Below are positions 51,143 to 62,818 of a stretch of 64,000 nucleotides of DNA, in pieces. The notes beneath the pieces are model-generated. The model saw only the letters and a program-made list of their open reading frames with translations, did no database searches and had not been told where the DNA came from. The position numbers and the translations under genes are program-made. How positions within the stretch are numbered: position 1 is the stretch's first letter; each line of letters begins with the position of its first letter. Origin of the DNA: Draconibacterium sp. (GTDB lineage Bacteria; Bacteroidota; Bacteroidia; Bacteroidales; Prolixibacteraceae); contig DAOPKR010000001.1 of the NCBI GenBank assembly GCA_035391305.1, forward strand, positions 37,290-101,289, given 5' to 3'.

Positions 51143-51370
51143 TATTTTTCAGAACTTTCATCAAATCTGTTGATGTATCTTCTCTTAATTCTTAAGAATT
51201 TACATTTTAATCCCTTTAATATTCTATAATATCAAAGCTTTTTACACATATTATATAAGTTGTTTATCGATATTATTAGAATTATACAATCAAATAAACT
51301 AAACAATAAAATTTTATATACTATTTGAACTATAGTCATTCAATGAATAAACATTCATAAATATTTAGAT

Positions 51371-51403
51371 AAAAAAAAAGGGAAGCTAAAAGCTTCCCTT
51401 TTT
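51371..51403. terminator. Intrinsic terminator (bidirectional-capable) after the T9SS cargo gene
   Basis: AAAAAGGGAAGCT-AAA-AGCTTCCCTTTTT with an A9 run. Confidence 0.88.
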
Positions 51404-51420
51404 AATCAATCAATTCGGTA

Positions 51421-54400
51421 TTACCTCTTAATCATCCTTTCTGTTTTAGCAATTCCGCTTTCAGTGTAAAGACTGATTACGTAAATGCCGCTTACCAGAT
51501 TAGCAGTACGGATTTCACGAGTTGGATTTTCAATGTCAATAACTCTTTGACCAGCAATATTGCTAACAACAATTCTGGTTAATTTTTCGCTATTATCAAT
51601 TGAAATTTTATCATTAAATGGATTTGGATAAACCTTGAAAGCATTTGCTAACTCAGGTTTAGTTTTAGTTGTAGTTACATTAACCACATCACTTTCCATT
51701 CTTGGTTCTAATTTGAAAGCATCTAATCTTCCATTAACAATACCAGTTACGTTATAGAAGTCTCCTTCTACTGGAGTTGAAGTATATAACCAGTCATTAA
51801 CAATAATGTTATCTGCACTTTCGTAATATATACTCCATTCGCCTGTACCAGCATCAGCTGCTGATGCACGAGCACCAGGTACCTCAACTAATACACTTTC
51901 GTACATTTCAGCTTCAGCCATACCTGGATTAACTTCCATAGCGGTAATAGCAACTGTTCCTTCTGCATCCATAACCTCTGTTGCAACAATGCTTGTAACT
52001 GAAGCAATCTCAGATACTTCTCCAACAACAGAAACTCCATCTCCTACAGCAATTCCTAAGTCATTAACTCCGCTGTGTTCAACCCAAATTCCGCTATTTG
52101 CAGCATTAGCATCCTGTACAAAGAATCCTTCACCCGGAGCAATAGCAGTAACTGTACCTGTTATCATAGCTATTTTACCTTCAAGCGGTGATGTATCACC
52201 TTCACCCTGAATTTCTGCAATTGCGTATGGTTTAGGAACTTCGACAACTTCAACATTTAAAGTTCTTTCACAATCGCCATTCATGTAAACCCAGCTATAG
52301 CTGCCCATTACTAACATTGAATCAACACCAGCTTCAACATCAATGAATTGAACTTCTTCACCAATATATGTTTCAACAGTAGTATCGCGCGTTACATACA
52401 TTCCTACAACGTCAATCATTTCCTCAACTGAACACATGTGCGCATCCATGACTTTAACTGTATGCATACCTCTTGGTAATTCAAAAGTCCAACTAGTCAT
52501 GACACTATCATCAACCATAACTACATATCCATCTGCTGGTTTTACACCACCAACAATTGAAGTAATAGTATAAGTTTCAGAACATTCAGTAACATCTCCT
52601 GTAGTTGCAGATACTGTCATAGGTGTTTGAACCTGATCAAAAGTCAAAGTATCAACTGCAGAAGCACAACCATGATCATCTTCTACATAAACTGCATAAT
52701 GACGGTCAATAAAGTTTTCATTATCAAATTCAAAAACGTCTTCAATTAATATACTGTTATCAACCCATTCACCCATGTATTCTACAAAATTTGGTGTAGA
52801 AGGAACATCATTTTCAATTTCTTTATAGAATACTTTAAAACTACGTCCCGAAGTTCCTGTTGCATTAATAGTAACAGCAGCCTTTTCTGAACCATGACAT
52901 GTTAAATCTACATAAGTAAACTCAACTTTCGAAGGTGTTGGCATATCCAGTTCGTCAGATGCTGTACATCCTTTTGCATCTCTAACTTCTACAGTGAAAG
53001 TATTTCCAACCTGCACTAAGAAAGCACTTGCAATACTTTGCCATGGAGTATGTACAACACCATTTTTCAACAATTGGTATTCATAATCACCGTTACCGCC
53101 AGTAGCTGTTGCCTCAATCCATCCTTCTACAGCACCAAAACAAGAATAATTATCAGGACTTTCTTCCAGTGTAACCATGAGAACATCAGGTTGTTTAACC
53201 ATAATCTTACGCATCACAGAAGTACAACCGTTATCATCGGTTACGGTTACAGTTAAGCTATCAACTGAACTTGCAGGAACACCCGGTAATTTATATAGAC
53301 CTCCGTCCATTTCAATGTCAGTATATGATAAATCTACATCTTCACCATCAGCACTTTTACCTTTTACAGTTGCATTATAAGTGCCTGAACCTCCACTAAT
53401 ATTAACAAGATGAATTTCGCCATTCCATTCTCCATTACATTTTGGCATTAAATAATGTACCATTAATGGACTACCTGTTTTATGGAAATCCCAAACAATT
53501 TGATCAGGTTGTTCCACCTTAACGCGCCATTTGTTAACAGCCACACCATTTTCGTATTCGCCACCAACAACACAACCGTTAGCATCAATAACCCAAACAA
53601 CCCATGTACCAGCACCAACTTTTAGGGTGTCTTTACTTTTCCACAAGTCAGAGTTAGCAGCAGGTGCTTCGGGCACAAGTACGTGTCCATTTGGCTCTAT
53701 AGAAAGACCTGCGTAATATTTGTAAGGAGCAGTACCACCAGCAGCAACAAGTTTTATTTCACCATCTTCACTGCCATAGCACATTGCATCTTTTAACCAC
53801 ATAGGATTCAATGTCAGATAAGTTGCAGGTTCTCCTACTTCCCAAGACTCGATTGTAGTATAAGGTGTTTCGCTGTCACCAACTGTAGCATCCAGAACAC
53901 AACTTTTTGAATCAGTAATATAAACTGTGTAATGAGAATGTGTCAATCCAGTAAATGTATTACTAAAATCAGCACCAGTTCTTACCCAGCCACTATCATA
54001 ATTATCTCCGGTTATTTTTACATTATAACCATCATTTGAAGTTCCTTCCAAATCCCAAGGAGTTCCACCACTCTGAACATTTACTGTTAAAGTACCGTCA
54101 TCTCCATCTTTACATTTTACATCAGAAATAACAACATCATAAGTAATTTTACCAGGTTGTGTTAAAGTGAATTTAACACTGTATTCACAATCCAAATCCT
54201 GATATGGCTGGCTATAAGAATTAATATCTCTAATATATAATGTATGAGTACCTGCTGGTAAACCAGTTAATACTGTTGAACTTGTCCAAGCTCCACTATT
54301 AACCTTGAATTCGTAAGAAGTCATTCCTTCCCAACCACCGATACCTTTTACTGTAATCTGACCATCACTTCCACCATTACAAGAAACATTATTGTTAACT

Positions 54401-57400
54401 GTAACCTGCGCGCTAAGAGCCGTTGGTTCAAGAATATAAACAGTATCTGGTCCGCTTATACAATCATTGGCATCTTTTACCCATAGAATAAACATTCCAG
54501 GTTCTGTAGCAATGTATGTTTTAGAAGTCAAATCTTTTCCTATTGCTACCCAAGCATTCGGATTGTTGACAGCATACTTATAATCAGGAGTACCACCTTG
54601 AATATCAATAGTTATAATACCATTGTTTGATCCTTCGCAACTAAAATGATAAATTTCAGTATCAAAAGTTAACATTTCAGGATCCTCAAGAACAATTTCT
54701 TCTGTAGTATATGACGGACAATCTTCTGCGTCTTCAACCAATACAGTATAAACACCTGCAACTAGCCCAGTAAACATTCCTGTTGCCTGTCTAATTTTTC
54801 CTTCTACTTCAACCCAATCGCTAACAGTACCAGCTTTCACTTTCAGTGTCTCATTATTATCAGAACCCATATATTTTAACAAAGTAAACTTATATGATCC
54901 AGCACCACCAGATACAGCACTTAAAGGAACTGTAATTGTACCATCATTACTCTCATAACATTTAGGATCAGTATATGTTATTGCATCCTCATCCACCAGC
55001 AATTGAGTGTAACCTTCTACTACAACTGGGCCATAAGTAAGTTCACTGCAATTATCATCTCTTACTGCTAACCAATATGTGCCGGCATCAACCTGAAAAC
55101 TAACAGTGCTAAGAGCTGGTTTTACCAATCCATTATAGGTATCAAATGGTAACCATTTATCGTCAGCTATATTTCCTAAAGCACCTTCATTATTTACTAT
55201 AGCATACTCAAGATCAGGCGTATTTCCGCCAGTTGCATATAAAGTTATAACACCTTCAAATGATTCAAAACATGAGGCTCCATTAGAAGTAACATCGGCA
55301 ATCAACAATTCATCATTTTGAGTTACCCAAACTGAATCCATATTTGATTCACAGGTATATTGGTCAACAACCCAAACAACATAAATACCAGCATTAAACA
55401 ATGTTGCTGTACCACCCTGATTTGATGGAATAAATGAACTCACTTGTCCAGCTTCATTCTCTACCCAATAAGTAACATTTCTGAAAGGCACATCACCATT
55501 TAGTCCTTCTGCCCAATTAGTAAAATCTACAGATATTGTACCTGTTTTTGTGCCAAAACAATCAATATGCGTATCGGAAGTTGCTTCAATTATACTTTCT
55601 TCCAACGTAATAACTTCTTCTATATCAGAACCCCACTCACAATCATTAGCATCTTTAACCATAATATTATGAGTACCAACATTAACTTTAACATTGGTGT
55701 ATTCGCTCTCTGTCATTCTCCATGCACTACCATTTATTGAATAATAATATGGCTTGGTACCGCCTGTAATGTGCAAAGTAACATTACCATCATTACCGTC
55801 TATACAAGTTGGAGCAAGTTGACCAAGAGTTACAACATCAAGAGCCTCAGGATTCGTAACATCTTCTGTTTCAACAACATATTCAACAGGACAAGTACCG
55901 CCAGTATTAGCAACCCAAATAGTTACCGGAGCATAAGGAGCAGCCCAATCCATCGTTTTAACGCTTCCCCAAGTTGAGCCACCATCAAAACTATAAGTGT
56001 AAGCACCTGTTCCACCTGTTACATTGGAAATAGTAATTAAAGCATCCTCATCATTACATGGTGGATTTGTAACAGTTACAATATACCTAATGTCATCTGG
56101 AGACTGAACAGCGATTGTATTTTTTGTACCATTTGGATTAACATAAGGAACAGTACAGCCATTTGCATCACGAACCCACAAACTATAGTAAGTTGGTTCA
56201 AGATCTTCAAAAATACCAGTTGTATTGGTAAAATCAGTTCCATCAATAGAATATGAATAAGGTGCAGTTCCACCGGTAACATTACTTACAGTAATAACAC
56301 CATCATCATCTCCACCACAAGAAGTATCATCAATTTTAATATTAAATGTAATCGCACCAGCCGGTTGAGCAATAACGATGTTTTTCTTTGAAACTGTACA
56401 ATCATTTGCATTTTTTGCCCAAACTGTATAAGTTCCTGCTGGTTTATTAACAAAAGTATATGCTCCAGCAACCAAATCCATCCATGTATTGCCATCAATC
56501 GAAACCATAGTAGCTCCACCCGATACAGTCACTGCAATACTACCAGTTGCTTCACCATAGCACAAAACATCTGTAACCGTTTCAGTGATAACTATTGGAG
56601 TGTTAGTGTCAGTTATAGTGACCATTTTCCATGGATCCACAACTGTACAACCATTGGCATCCATAACACTTACATAGTAAGTTCCAGGTCCTTGTGAAAA
56701 TTGAAAATTAGTTTTTTTCTCAGCACCGGATCCATTTGAATTAGATGAAATCCAATAAGTATAAGGAGCAGTTCCACCTGTAGCGTTGATAACAACATAA
56801 CCTTTTTCAGAATAACACAGTGGGTTTTGAGTTGTAGCGGTAAATTTTACAGAATCAAGAGTTTCAGGAAGCATTACTTCATCCATTAAAGACATACAAC
56901 CATCAGCACTTTTTACACGCACTGTAACATTTTCACCGGCTTTTGCCAAAAAAGTATTTGATGAAGTCCAAACCCAATTAGCGACAATAGGATCTTCATT
57001 AAATAAATACATTGAAGCAGCAGGAGCAGTTACTTTAACTGTAACATCTTCGCCTGCGCAGGTTTCTGTTGTTAACTCAGTTTGAATCCCAGTTAATGAT
57101 ACATTAACCTTTAATTCACCATCAGTTGTAATAACAGTATTTACTGCATCGTAAACACTTCCTGAGGTCGTGTACCAAAAATTCTTTTTTGTCCATATCA
57201 AGTCAGTTGGGAATGAAACAGCAGTATTTGCTGGAAACCCTTTTAACTTAAAATGAAGTTTAATCACATTCGTTTTAACATTGTCACCAATTGTAGCAGC
57301 AGTGCCCGACCAGTTAAGATTTAACACGTCCGGCCCATTAGCAACAGTAGTTACTGAAGTAGTTAAAGCAGCCAAGCTTGAATTTACATTCGTAACATTC

Positions 57401-57630
57401 ACAAAATCGTAAACAAGGTCATTAAAAGACAGACCTAAATCAAACTTAGTGAGTTGAATAAAATCCCGTACAGCTACATCAACTGTGTAATCGTTCCCTT
57501 GCACATAGCAAGTGGAGGTTTTTCCTGCGTAAAGCTCAACAGTCTCCTGCTCTTCCTGAGCGTACCCTAAGGTCGCAAAGGTGGTAAGGAGAACCATCAA
57601 ACTTAAGAACCAAGTAAATGATTTTCTCAT
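51421..57630 (-). CDS. Giant T9SS-secreted surface protein: cohesin-like N-domain, SprB-type repeats, OB-fold(s), type A CTD
   Basis: Signal peptide; roughly 17 Cys-paired repeats (C....DG.I...GGT.PY.YS...Y...V.DAN.C); IAEIQG..SPLEG...GFFVQD OB-fold; CTD VYPNP...GQ...SGIYVI...MIKR. Confidence 0.9.
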   Translation of the reverse strand: MRKSFTWFLSLMVLLTTFATLGYAQEEQETVELYAGKTSTCYVQGNDYTVDVAVRDFIQLTKFDLGLSFNDLVYDFVNVTNVNSSLAALTTSVTTVANGPDVLNLNWSGTAATIGDNVKTNVIKLHFKLKGFPANTAVSFPTDLIWTKKNFWYTTSGSVYDAVNTVITTDGELKVNVSLTGIQTELTTETCAGEDVTVKVTAPAASMYLFNEDPIVANWVWTSSNTFLAKAGENVTVRVKSADGCMSLMDEVMLPETLDSVKFTATTQNPLCYSEKGYVVINATGGTAPYTYWISSNSNGSGAEKKTNFQFSQGPGTYYVSVMDANGCTVVDPWKMVTITDTNTPIVITETVTDVLCYGEATGSIAVTVSGGATMVSIDGNTWMDLVAGAYTFVNKPAGTYTVWAKNANDCTVSKKNIVIAQPAGAITFNIKIDDTSCGGDDDGVITVSNVTGGTAPYSYSIDGTDFTNTTGIFEDLEPTYYSLWVRDANGCTVPYVNPNGTKNTIAVQSPDDIRYIVTVTNPPCNDEDALITISNVTGGTGAYTYSFDGGSTWGSVKTMDWAAPYAPVTIWVANTGGTCPVEYVVETEDVTNPEALDVVTLGQLAPTCIDGNDGNVTLHITGGTKPYYYSINGSAWRMTESEYTNVKVNVGTHNIMVKDANDCEWGSDIEEVITLEESIIEATSDTHIDCFGTKTGTISVDFTNWAEGLNGDVPFRNVTYWVENEAGQVSSFIPSNQGGTATLFNAGIYVVWVVDQYTCESNMDSVWVTQNDELLIADVTSNGASCFESFEGVITLYATGGNTPDLEYAIVNNEGALGNIADDKWLPFDTYNGLVKPALSTVSFQVDAGTYWLAVRDDNCSELTYGPVVVEGYTQLLVDEDAITYTDPKCYESNDGTITVPLSAVSGGAGSYKFTLLKYMGSDNNETLKVKAGTVSDWVEVEGKIRQATGMFTGLVAGVYTVLVEDAEDCPSYTTEEIVLEDPEMLTFDTEIYHFSCEGSNNGIITIDIQGGTPDYKYAVNNPNAWVAIGKDLTSKTYIATEPGMFILWVKDANDCISGPDTVYILEPTALSAQVTVNNNVSCNGGSDGQITVKGIGGWEGMTSYEFKVNSGAWTSSTVLTGLPAGTHTLYIRDINSYSQPYQDLDCEYSVKFTLTQPGKITYDVVISDVKCKDGDDGTLTVNVQSGGTPWDLEGTSNDGYNVKITGDNYDSGWVRTGADFSNTFTGLTHSHYTVYITDSKSCVLDATVGDSETPYTTIESWEVGEPATYLTLNPMWLKDAMCYGSEDGEIKLVAAGGTAPYKYYAGLSIEPNGHVLVPEAPAANSDLWKSKDTLKVGAGTWVVWVIDANGCVVGGEYENGVAVNKWRVKVEQPDQIVWDFHKTGSPLMVHYLMPKCNGEWNGEIHLVNISGGSGTYNATVKGKSADGEDVDLSYTDIEMDGGLYKLPGVPASSVDSLTVTVTDDNGCTSVMRKIMVKQPDVLMVTLEESPDNYSCFGAVEGWIEATATGGNGDYEYQLLKNGVVHTPWQSIASAFLVQVGNTFTVEVRDAKGCTASDELDMPTPSKVEFTYVDLTCHGSEKAAVTINATGTSGRSFKVFYKEIENDVPSTPNFVEYMGEWVDNSILIEDVFEFDNENFIDRHYAVYVEDDHGCASAVDTLTFDQVQTPMTVSATTGDVTECSETYTITSIVGGVKPADGYVVMVDDSVMTSWTFELPRGMHTVKVMDAHMCSVEEMIDVVGMYVTRDTTVETYIGEEVQFIDVEAGVDSMLVMGSYSWVYMNGDCERTLNVEVVEVPKPYAIAEIQGEGDTSPLEGKIAMITGTVTAIAPGEGFFVQDANAANSGIWVEHSGVNDLGIAVGDGVSVVGEVSEIASVTSIVATEVMDAEGTVAITAMEVNPGMAEAEMYESVLVEVPGARASAADAGTGEWSIYYESADNIIVNDWLYTSTPVEGDFYNVTGIVNGRLDAFKLEPRMESDVVNVTTTKTKPELANAFKVYPNPFNDKISIDNSEKLTRIVVSNIAGQRVIDIENPTREIRTANLVSGIYVISLYTESGIAKTERMIKR

Positions 57631-57736
57631 AGCATTTCTTTTTAAATTGAACTTAATTGATTGATTGATTTTAATTTATTTAATTCTTTAATCATATATC
57701 CAAACTATTTTATCTGTTTATTTTATGTAAATATTA

Positions 57737-57768
57737 CAAACGTATAAAATTTTGCAACAATGTACAAA
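57737..57768 (-). promoter_or_regulatory. Primary-sigma promoter for the T9SS cargo gene
   Basis: TTTG (57765-57768), 20-nt spacer, TACGTTTG (57737-57744). Confidence 0.6.
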
Positions 57769-57822
57769 ATATATACTGCATAAAACACTTTCTTTTAAAT
57801 TAATGTTTTCAACATTGTTGCA
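57753..57822. repeat. 11-bp perfect inverted repeat TGCAACAATGT ... ACATTGTTGCA
   Basis: Copies at 57753-57763 and 57812-57822 with a 48-bp spacer. Confidence 0.7.
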
Positions 57823-58014
57823 TTGAAAACCCCACCTTAACTCTTAATAACTACCCAAAAATTCTATTGCAAAACGTCCAATTTTTATTCATCTTCAAAA
57901 TTGCTGCAATTTTAATCTTAATTTTCCAAATATCGCAATAAATGTTTGTTTTTTTCGCTTATTATATAAGTAAATCCAACATATAATTCTTTATTAATTT
58001 TAAATATAAACAAA

Positions 58015-58236
58015 ATGATTTTTTTCGTTCAAGATATTAATGAGGTTATAAGTAATTTAATACTTCAAATTAAGAATATCAAATGGCGCAATTTTAAAAT
58101 TTGCAAAATATTAATTATTGTTTGTTTGGTGACTATTTTACAGATAAGTGTGAGCTCTTGTAAAACTTGCAAATGTCCTGCGTATTCACAAAGTACATCT
58201 CAAGATTCTTCAAATTTAAAAGGTTTATCAACATAA
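58015..58236 (+). CDS. Putative small Cys-rich lipoprotein (start uncertain)
   Basis: Hydrophobic ILIIVCLVTILQISVSS-C lipobox followed by KTCKCPAY. Confidence 0.5.
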   Translation: MIFFVQDINEVISNLILQIKNIKWRNFKICKILIIVCLVTILQISVSSCKTCKCPAYSQSTSQDSSNLKGLST

Positions 58237-58548
58237 TTTCGCAGCACGCTTCTATTTAAGCAAAAAACTGTCTTATTCAAAATAACGTTAATTTAATAAA
58301 TACAAGAAAGTTACACAAATCTAAACCCTCTGAGAATTTAATATTCAGCCAAAGGTTTAATTACGTACAGAAATATGCTAAATAATCAATGGAAATACAC
58401 TTTAAGTTTACATTAAGGTTGACTGATTTATGAAGTAAAATAAAAATTTGGCTTGATTCGAAAGGATAATAGTATTTACTTTGTAGTGAAAAAAATCGAT
58501 ATTAAATATTTCCTGTATTTAAATCTTTAAAAGAATAATATTATTTAA

Positions 58549-59577
<1,029 letters not shown>

Positions 59578-59602
59578 TCCATAATAACACATTATATATA
59601 AT

Positions 59603-59630
59603 AAAAAGGATGTCTTTCGGCATCCTTTTT
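59603..59630. terminator. Bidirectional intrinsic terminator
   Basis: AAAAAGGATGTC-TTTC-GGCATCCTTTTT between convergent gap and the permease gene. Confidence 0.88.
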
Positions 59631-59650
59631 CATTGTGTCAAATCTGAATA

Positions 59651-60898
59651 TTATTCGTAACGCAACGATTCTATTGGATCAAGTTGAGATGCTTTTTTTG
59701 CCGGATAATAACCCGAAATAACGCCAACCCCAAAACATAAAGCTACTCCCAAAAATATCCAGGTCCATGGAATAATAAATGAAGAACCAATCATTAATGA
59801 AACGAGATTACCTGCTACAATTCCAAACAAAATTCCAAAAAATCCCCCAATTTGGCCAATAACAATAGCCTCAAAAAGAAATTGTTGTTTTACAGTACCA
59901 CTTTTTGCCCCAATAGCTTTTCTTACTCCAATTTCACGGGTTCGTTCTGTAACAGAGACCAACATTATATTCATCAAGCCAATTGCGGCACCAAGTAATG
60001 TAATAAACCCAATTATTGTCGCCACCAAAGTTATATTCCTAATATTTTTTAATAGCAGGTTTGCTATATTATCACTTTTTTCAATATTAAAATCCGATTC
60101 ATCAATGGGTGACAAATCCCTTACATTTCGAAATACTGATTCTGCCTGACCTACCGCAGCATCAATCAACTCCGGCTGATTCACTTTTATCTGAATATCA
60201 AAATTCATATTTGGTCTTGAGAAATAATTTCTTGAATTTGAAAATGGGATAAAACAAACCATATCGCTGCTTCCTCCAAACCCGCTTCCTTTTTCACCAA
60301 GTACCCCAATAATCCTATATTTCCCGTTTCCAATACTGATATCTTTTTGAAGCGGGTTTTCTCCATCTTTAAATAATCGTTTTGCAAGAGCACTGCCTAA
60401 TAAAGCTAAATTTTTTCCTGAATTAATATCATCCTCACTAAAAGCTCTTCCCTTGTCAACCTCATATCCCGATGTAAAAAGATAATCGGTATCAATACCC
60501 CTTACACCTATATTTGGATTTGTTTTTTCTGATCCATATTTTAAAGTTGCTGTACCTGTTGACATAACTGAAATTGAAGCCGTTGCCGGAAAATCAAATT
60601 TTTCTTTAAATTCCTTTGCTTCATAATATGAGATATAAGAATAGTTTTTTGTTCTTATTCTCTGTTTTCCAATCTGCACCCTCATTCCCTGACTGGTTAT
60701 TGAGAAAGTATTAGCACCCAAAACTGTAAACTCTTTTGTAATTGAAGTTTTTATTGAATCAATTGCCGTAAGAATACCAACTAGTGCAGTAATTCCAATC
60801 GCAATGATCATCACTGTTAAAACTGAACGCAATATATTGCTTCTCATTGACTGAAATGCAATTCTTAAATTCTCGGTAAATAATGTAGTATTTCGCAT
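59651..60898 (-). CDS. MacB/FtsX-type ABC transporter permease
   Basis: [35 protein letters not shown] and [18 protein letters not shown]. Confidence 0.94.
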   Translation of the reverse strand: MRNTTLFTENLRIAFQSMRSNILRSVLTVMIIAIGITALVGILTAIDSIKTSITKEFTVLGANTFSITSQGMRVQIGKQRIRTKNYSYISYYEAKEFKEKFDFPATASISVMSTGTATLKYGSEKTNPNIGVRGIDTDYLFTSGYEVDKGRAFSEDDINSGKNLALLGSALAKRLFKDGENPLQKDISIGNGKYRIIGVLGEKGSGFGGSSDMVCFIPFSNSRNYFSRPNMNFDIQIKVNQPELIDAAVGQAESVFRNVRDLSPIDESDFNIEKSDNIANLLLKNIRNITLVATIIGFITLLGAAIGLMNIMLVSVTERTREIGVRKAIGAKSGTVKQQFLFEAIVIGQIGGFFGILFGIVAGNLVSLMIGSSFIIPWTWIFLGVALCFGVGVISGYYPAKKASQLDPIESLRYE

Positions 60899-61293
60899 AG
60901 AATTATATTAACAATCTACCAAAATTATAACTTTAATGATGATTCAAATCAGAAATGTTTTAAAAAACCATTTTCAATTTTATTTATTAAATGATTTTGG
61001 GCAAAAACCAAATTTTTACCGAATAGGTGACGTATTTGTTCGATATTTTCCCTCACGAATTCTCTTTTAACATTTTTTAATGTAACGTCATTCTCTGTGA
61101 AACAAATCATTATTCATTCAAAATTATTCATTCAAAAATGTTATAAATCAGTTTTTTGATGTTAACCCGAGCTTAATTATGAATGAAATTTTTAAAAGAT
61201 TCAATAGCTTTTATCTAAGTTTTTACTATTTCTGTTGTTGGATATTGAATAAAAACATGCAAAATTTGAATAGTACCAACAAGTAAAAACTTT

Positions 61294-61815
61294 ATGATTT
61301 TTCATTTTCAAATCATTTCACAAGAAATAAAGAATTTCCAATTGGAAGTTGAATTATCCACAAAGAATACTTTTTTTGACTTTCATTCTTTAATCCAGAA
61401 AAGTTTAGGCTACGAATCACACCAACTAGCTTCTTTCTTCATTCCCGACCAAAGAGGATTAAAAGAAAAGGAGATTTCATTGCTTGATCTGGGAATGAAT
61501 GGAGGGGCTTACCTAATTATGCAAAAAACTATTCTTTCGGATCTTATACATTCTAAGGGGCAAAAGTTGATATATACTTTTGATTTTGTAAACGACAGAT
61601 CATTATTAATTGAATTAACAAATATCATTATGGAAAAAAATCTTAGTGAGCCATTGGTCACTCTTAAACTAGGTGATACTCCCCAACAGGTTTTAGGCGA
61701 TGATGTTGAAGTAATTGATCAGGAAACGTTGGATCTTCATGAAGAAAAGGCATATTCGCTTTTTGGTGAACTTGAAGATTACACTGAAATTTTTGGTGAG
61801 ATGGATGATTTTTAA
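61294..61815 (+). CDS. pRiA4b ORF-3-like (IS1096 passenger TnpR-like) conserved protein
   Basis: TFFDFH..I...LGY...QLASFF...EISL.D, KLIYTFDF...R...IEL and an acidic tail; usual neighbour of miaA. Confidence 0.7.
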   Translation: MIFHFQIISQEIKNFQLEVELSTKNTFFDFHSLIQKSLGYESHQLASFFIPDQRGLKEKEISLLDLGMNGGAYLIMQKTILSDLIHSKGQKLIYTFDFVNDRSLLIELTNIIMEKNLSEPLVTLKLGDTPQQVLGDDVEVIDQETLDLHEEKAYSLFGELEDYTEIFGEMDDF

Positions 61816-61844
61816 AGCATTAATACCATTTTTTATGATTTTCC

Positions 61845-61880
61845 AGACTGTTCAACATTTTTGAACAGTCTTTTTTTTTT
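61845..61880 (+). terminator. Intrinsic terminator
   Basis: AGACTGTTCAA-CATTT-TTGAACAGTCT followed by a T9 run. Confidence 0.88.
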
Positions 61881-61909
61881 ACTTTGATTTTAAAAAATGA
61901 AATTATTTA

Positions 61910-62818
61910 ATGCATAAGTATTTAATTGTTCTCACCGGACCCACTGGAATTGGAAAAACAAGCACCGGGTTGAAATTGGCAAAACATTTCAAAACCGAAA
62001 TAGTATCATCCGATTCAAGGCAAATCTTTAAAGAGATGAACATAGGCACGGCGGTTCCCAATATTGAAGAATTATCTGCAATAAAACATCATCTAATTCA
62101 AAATCATTCAATTCATGAGAACCTTAATGTTAGTACTTTTGAAAATGAAGCACTTCACACAATTAACTGCGTTTTTGAAACACAAAATGTAGTTATACTT
62201 GTTGGAGGTTCAATGCTCTATATTGACGCAATTTGCAATGGGATCGACAACATGCCCGACTCTGATCCTGAAATCAGACAGATGTTAAATAATAAGTTAA
62301 AAACCGAGGGAATTGAAAGTATGCGGTTTCAGTTAAAAAAAATTGATCCTGATTATTACAATTCAGTAGATCTTAAAAATACAAACCGTATAATACATGC
62401 ACTGGAAATATCGATTATTACAGGGAAACCATATTCAACATTCCTTACAAAATCGAAAAAGACAAGGCCATTTTCAATAATAAAAATAGGATTGAATTGC
62501 GAAAGGGGAATTCTGCATTCCAAAATAAACACTCGTGTTGATAATATGGTAAATACCGGGCTGGAAGAAGAGGCAAAAAGTTTATACCATTTAAAACATC
62601 TGAATGCACTGAATACAGTGGGATACCGTGAATTTTTTTCATATTTTGACGGTGAAATTTCCCGTGAAAAAGCTATCGAATTAATAAAGAGAAATTCAAG
62701 GCGTTATGCACGTAAACAACTCACATGGTTCAGGAAAGACGACCAAATGAATTGGTTCGAATATGATAAAACAAAAGAAATAATATCTTTTATCGAAAAT
62801 CAAATCGTTGAACAATGA
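61910..62818 (+). CDS. miaA: tRNA dimethylallyltransferase
   Basis: GPTGIGKT, DSRQIF, IGTA, GGSMLY, TVGYRE and YARKQLTWF. Confidence 0.96.
   Translation: MHKYLIVLTGPTGIGKTSTGLKLAKHFKTEIVSSDSRQIFKEMNIGTAVPNIEELSAIKHHLIQNHSIHENLNVSTFENEALHTINCVFETQNVVILVGGSMLYIDAICNGIDNMPDSDPEIRQMLNNKLKTEGIESMRFQLKKIDPDYYNSVDLKNTNRIIHALEISIITGKPYSTFLTKSKKTRPFSIIKIGLNCERGILHSKINTRVDNMVNTGLEEEAKSLYHLKHLNALNTVGYREFFSYFDGEISREKAIELIKRNSRRYARKQLTWFRKDDQMNWFEYDKTKEIISFIENQIVEQ

Noticed and set aside
51421-57630. Repeats in the giant gene as a CRISPR array, DGR target or DNA-level tandem array
   Set aside because: The repeats are divergent protein-level domains in one open frame. No identical DNA repeats with spacers and no reverse transcriptase were seen.
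61294-61815. pRiA4b ORF-3/IS1096-passenger-like gene as a mobile element
   Set aside because: No transposase or terminal repeats. This family is a routine chromosomal neighbour of miaA in Bacteroidota.
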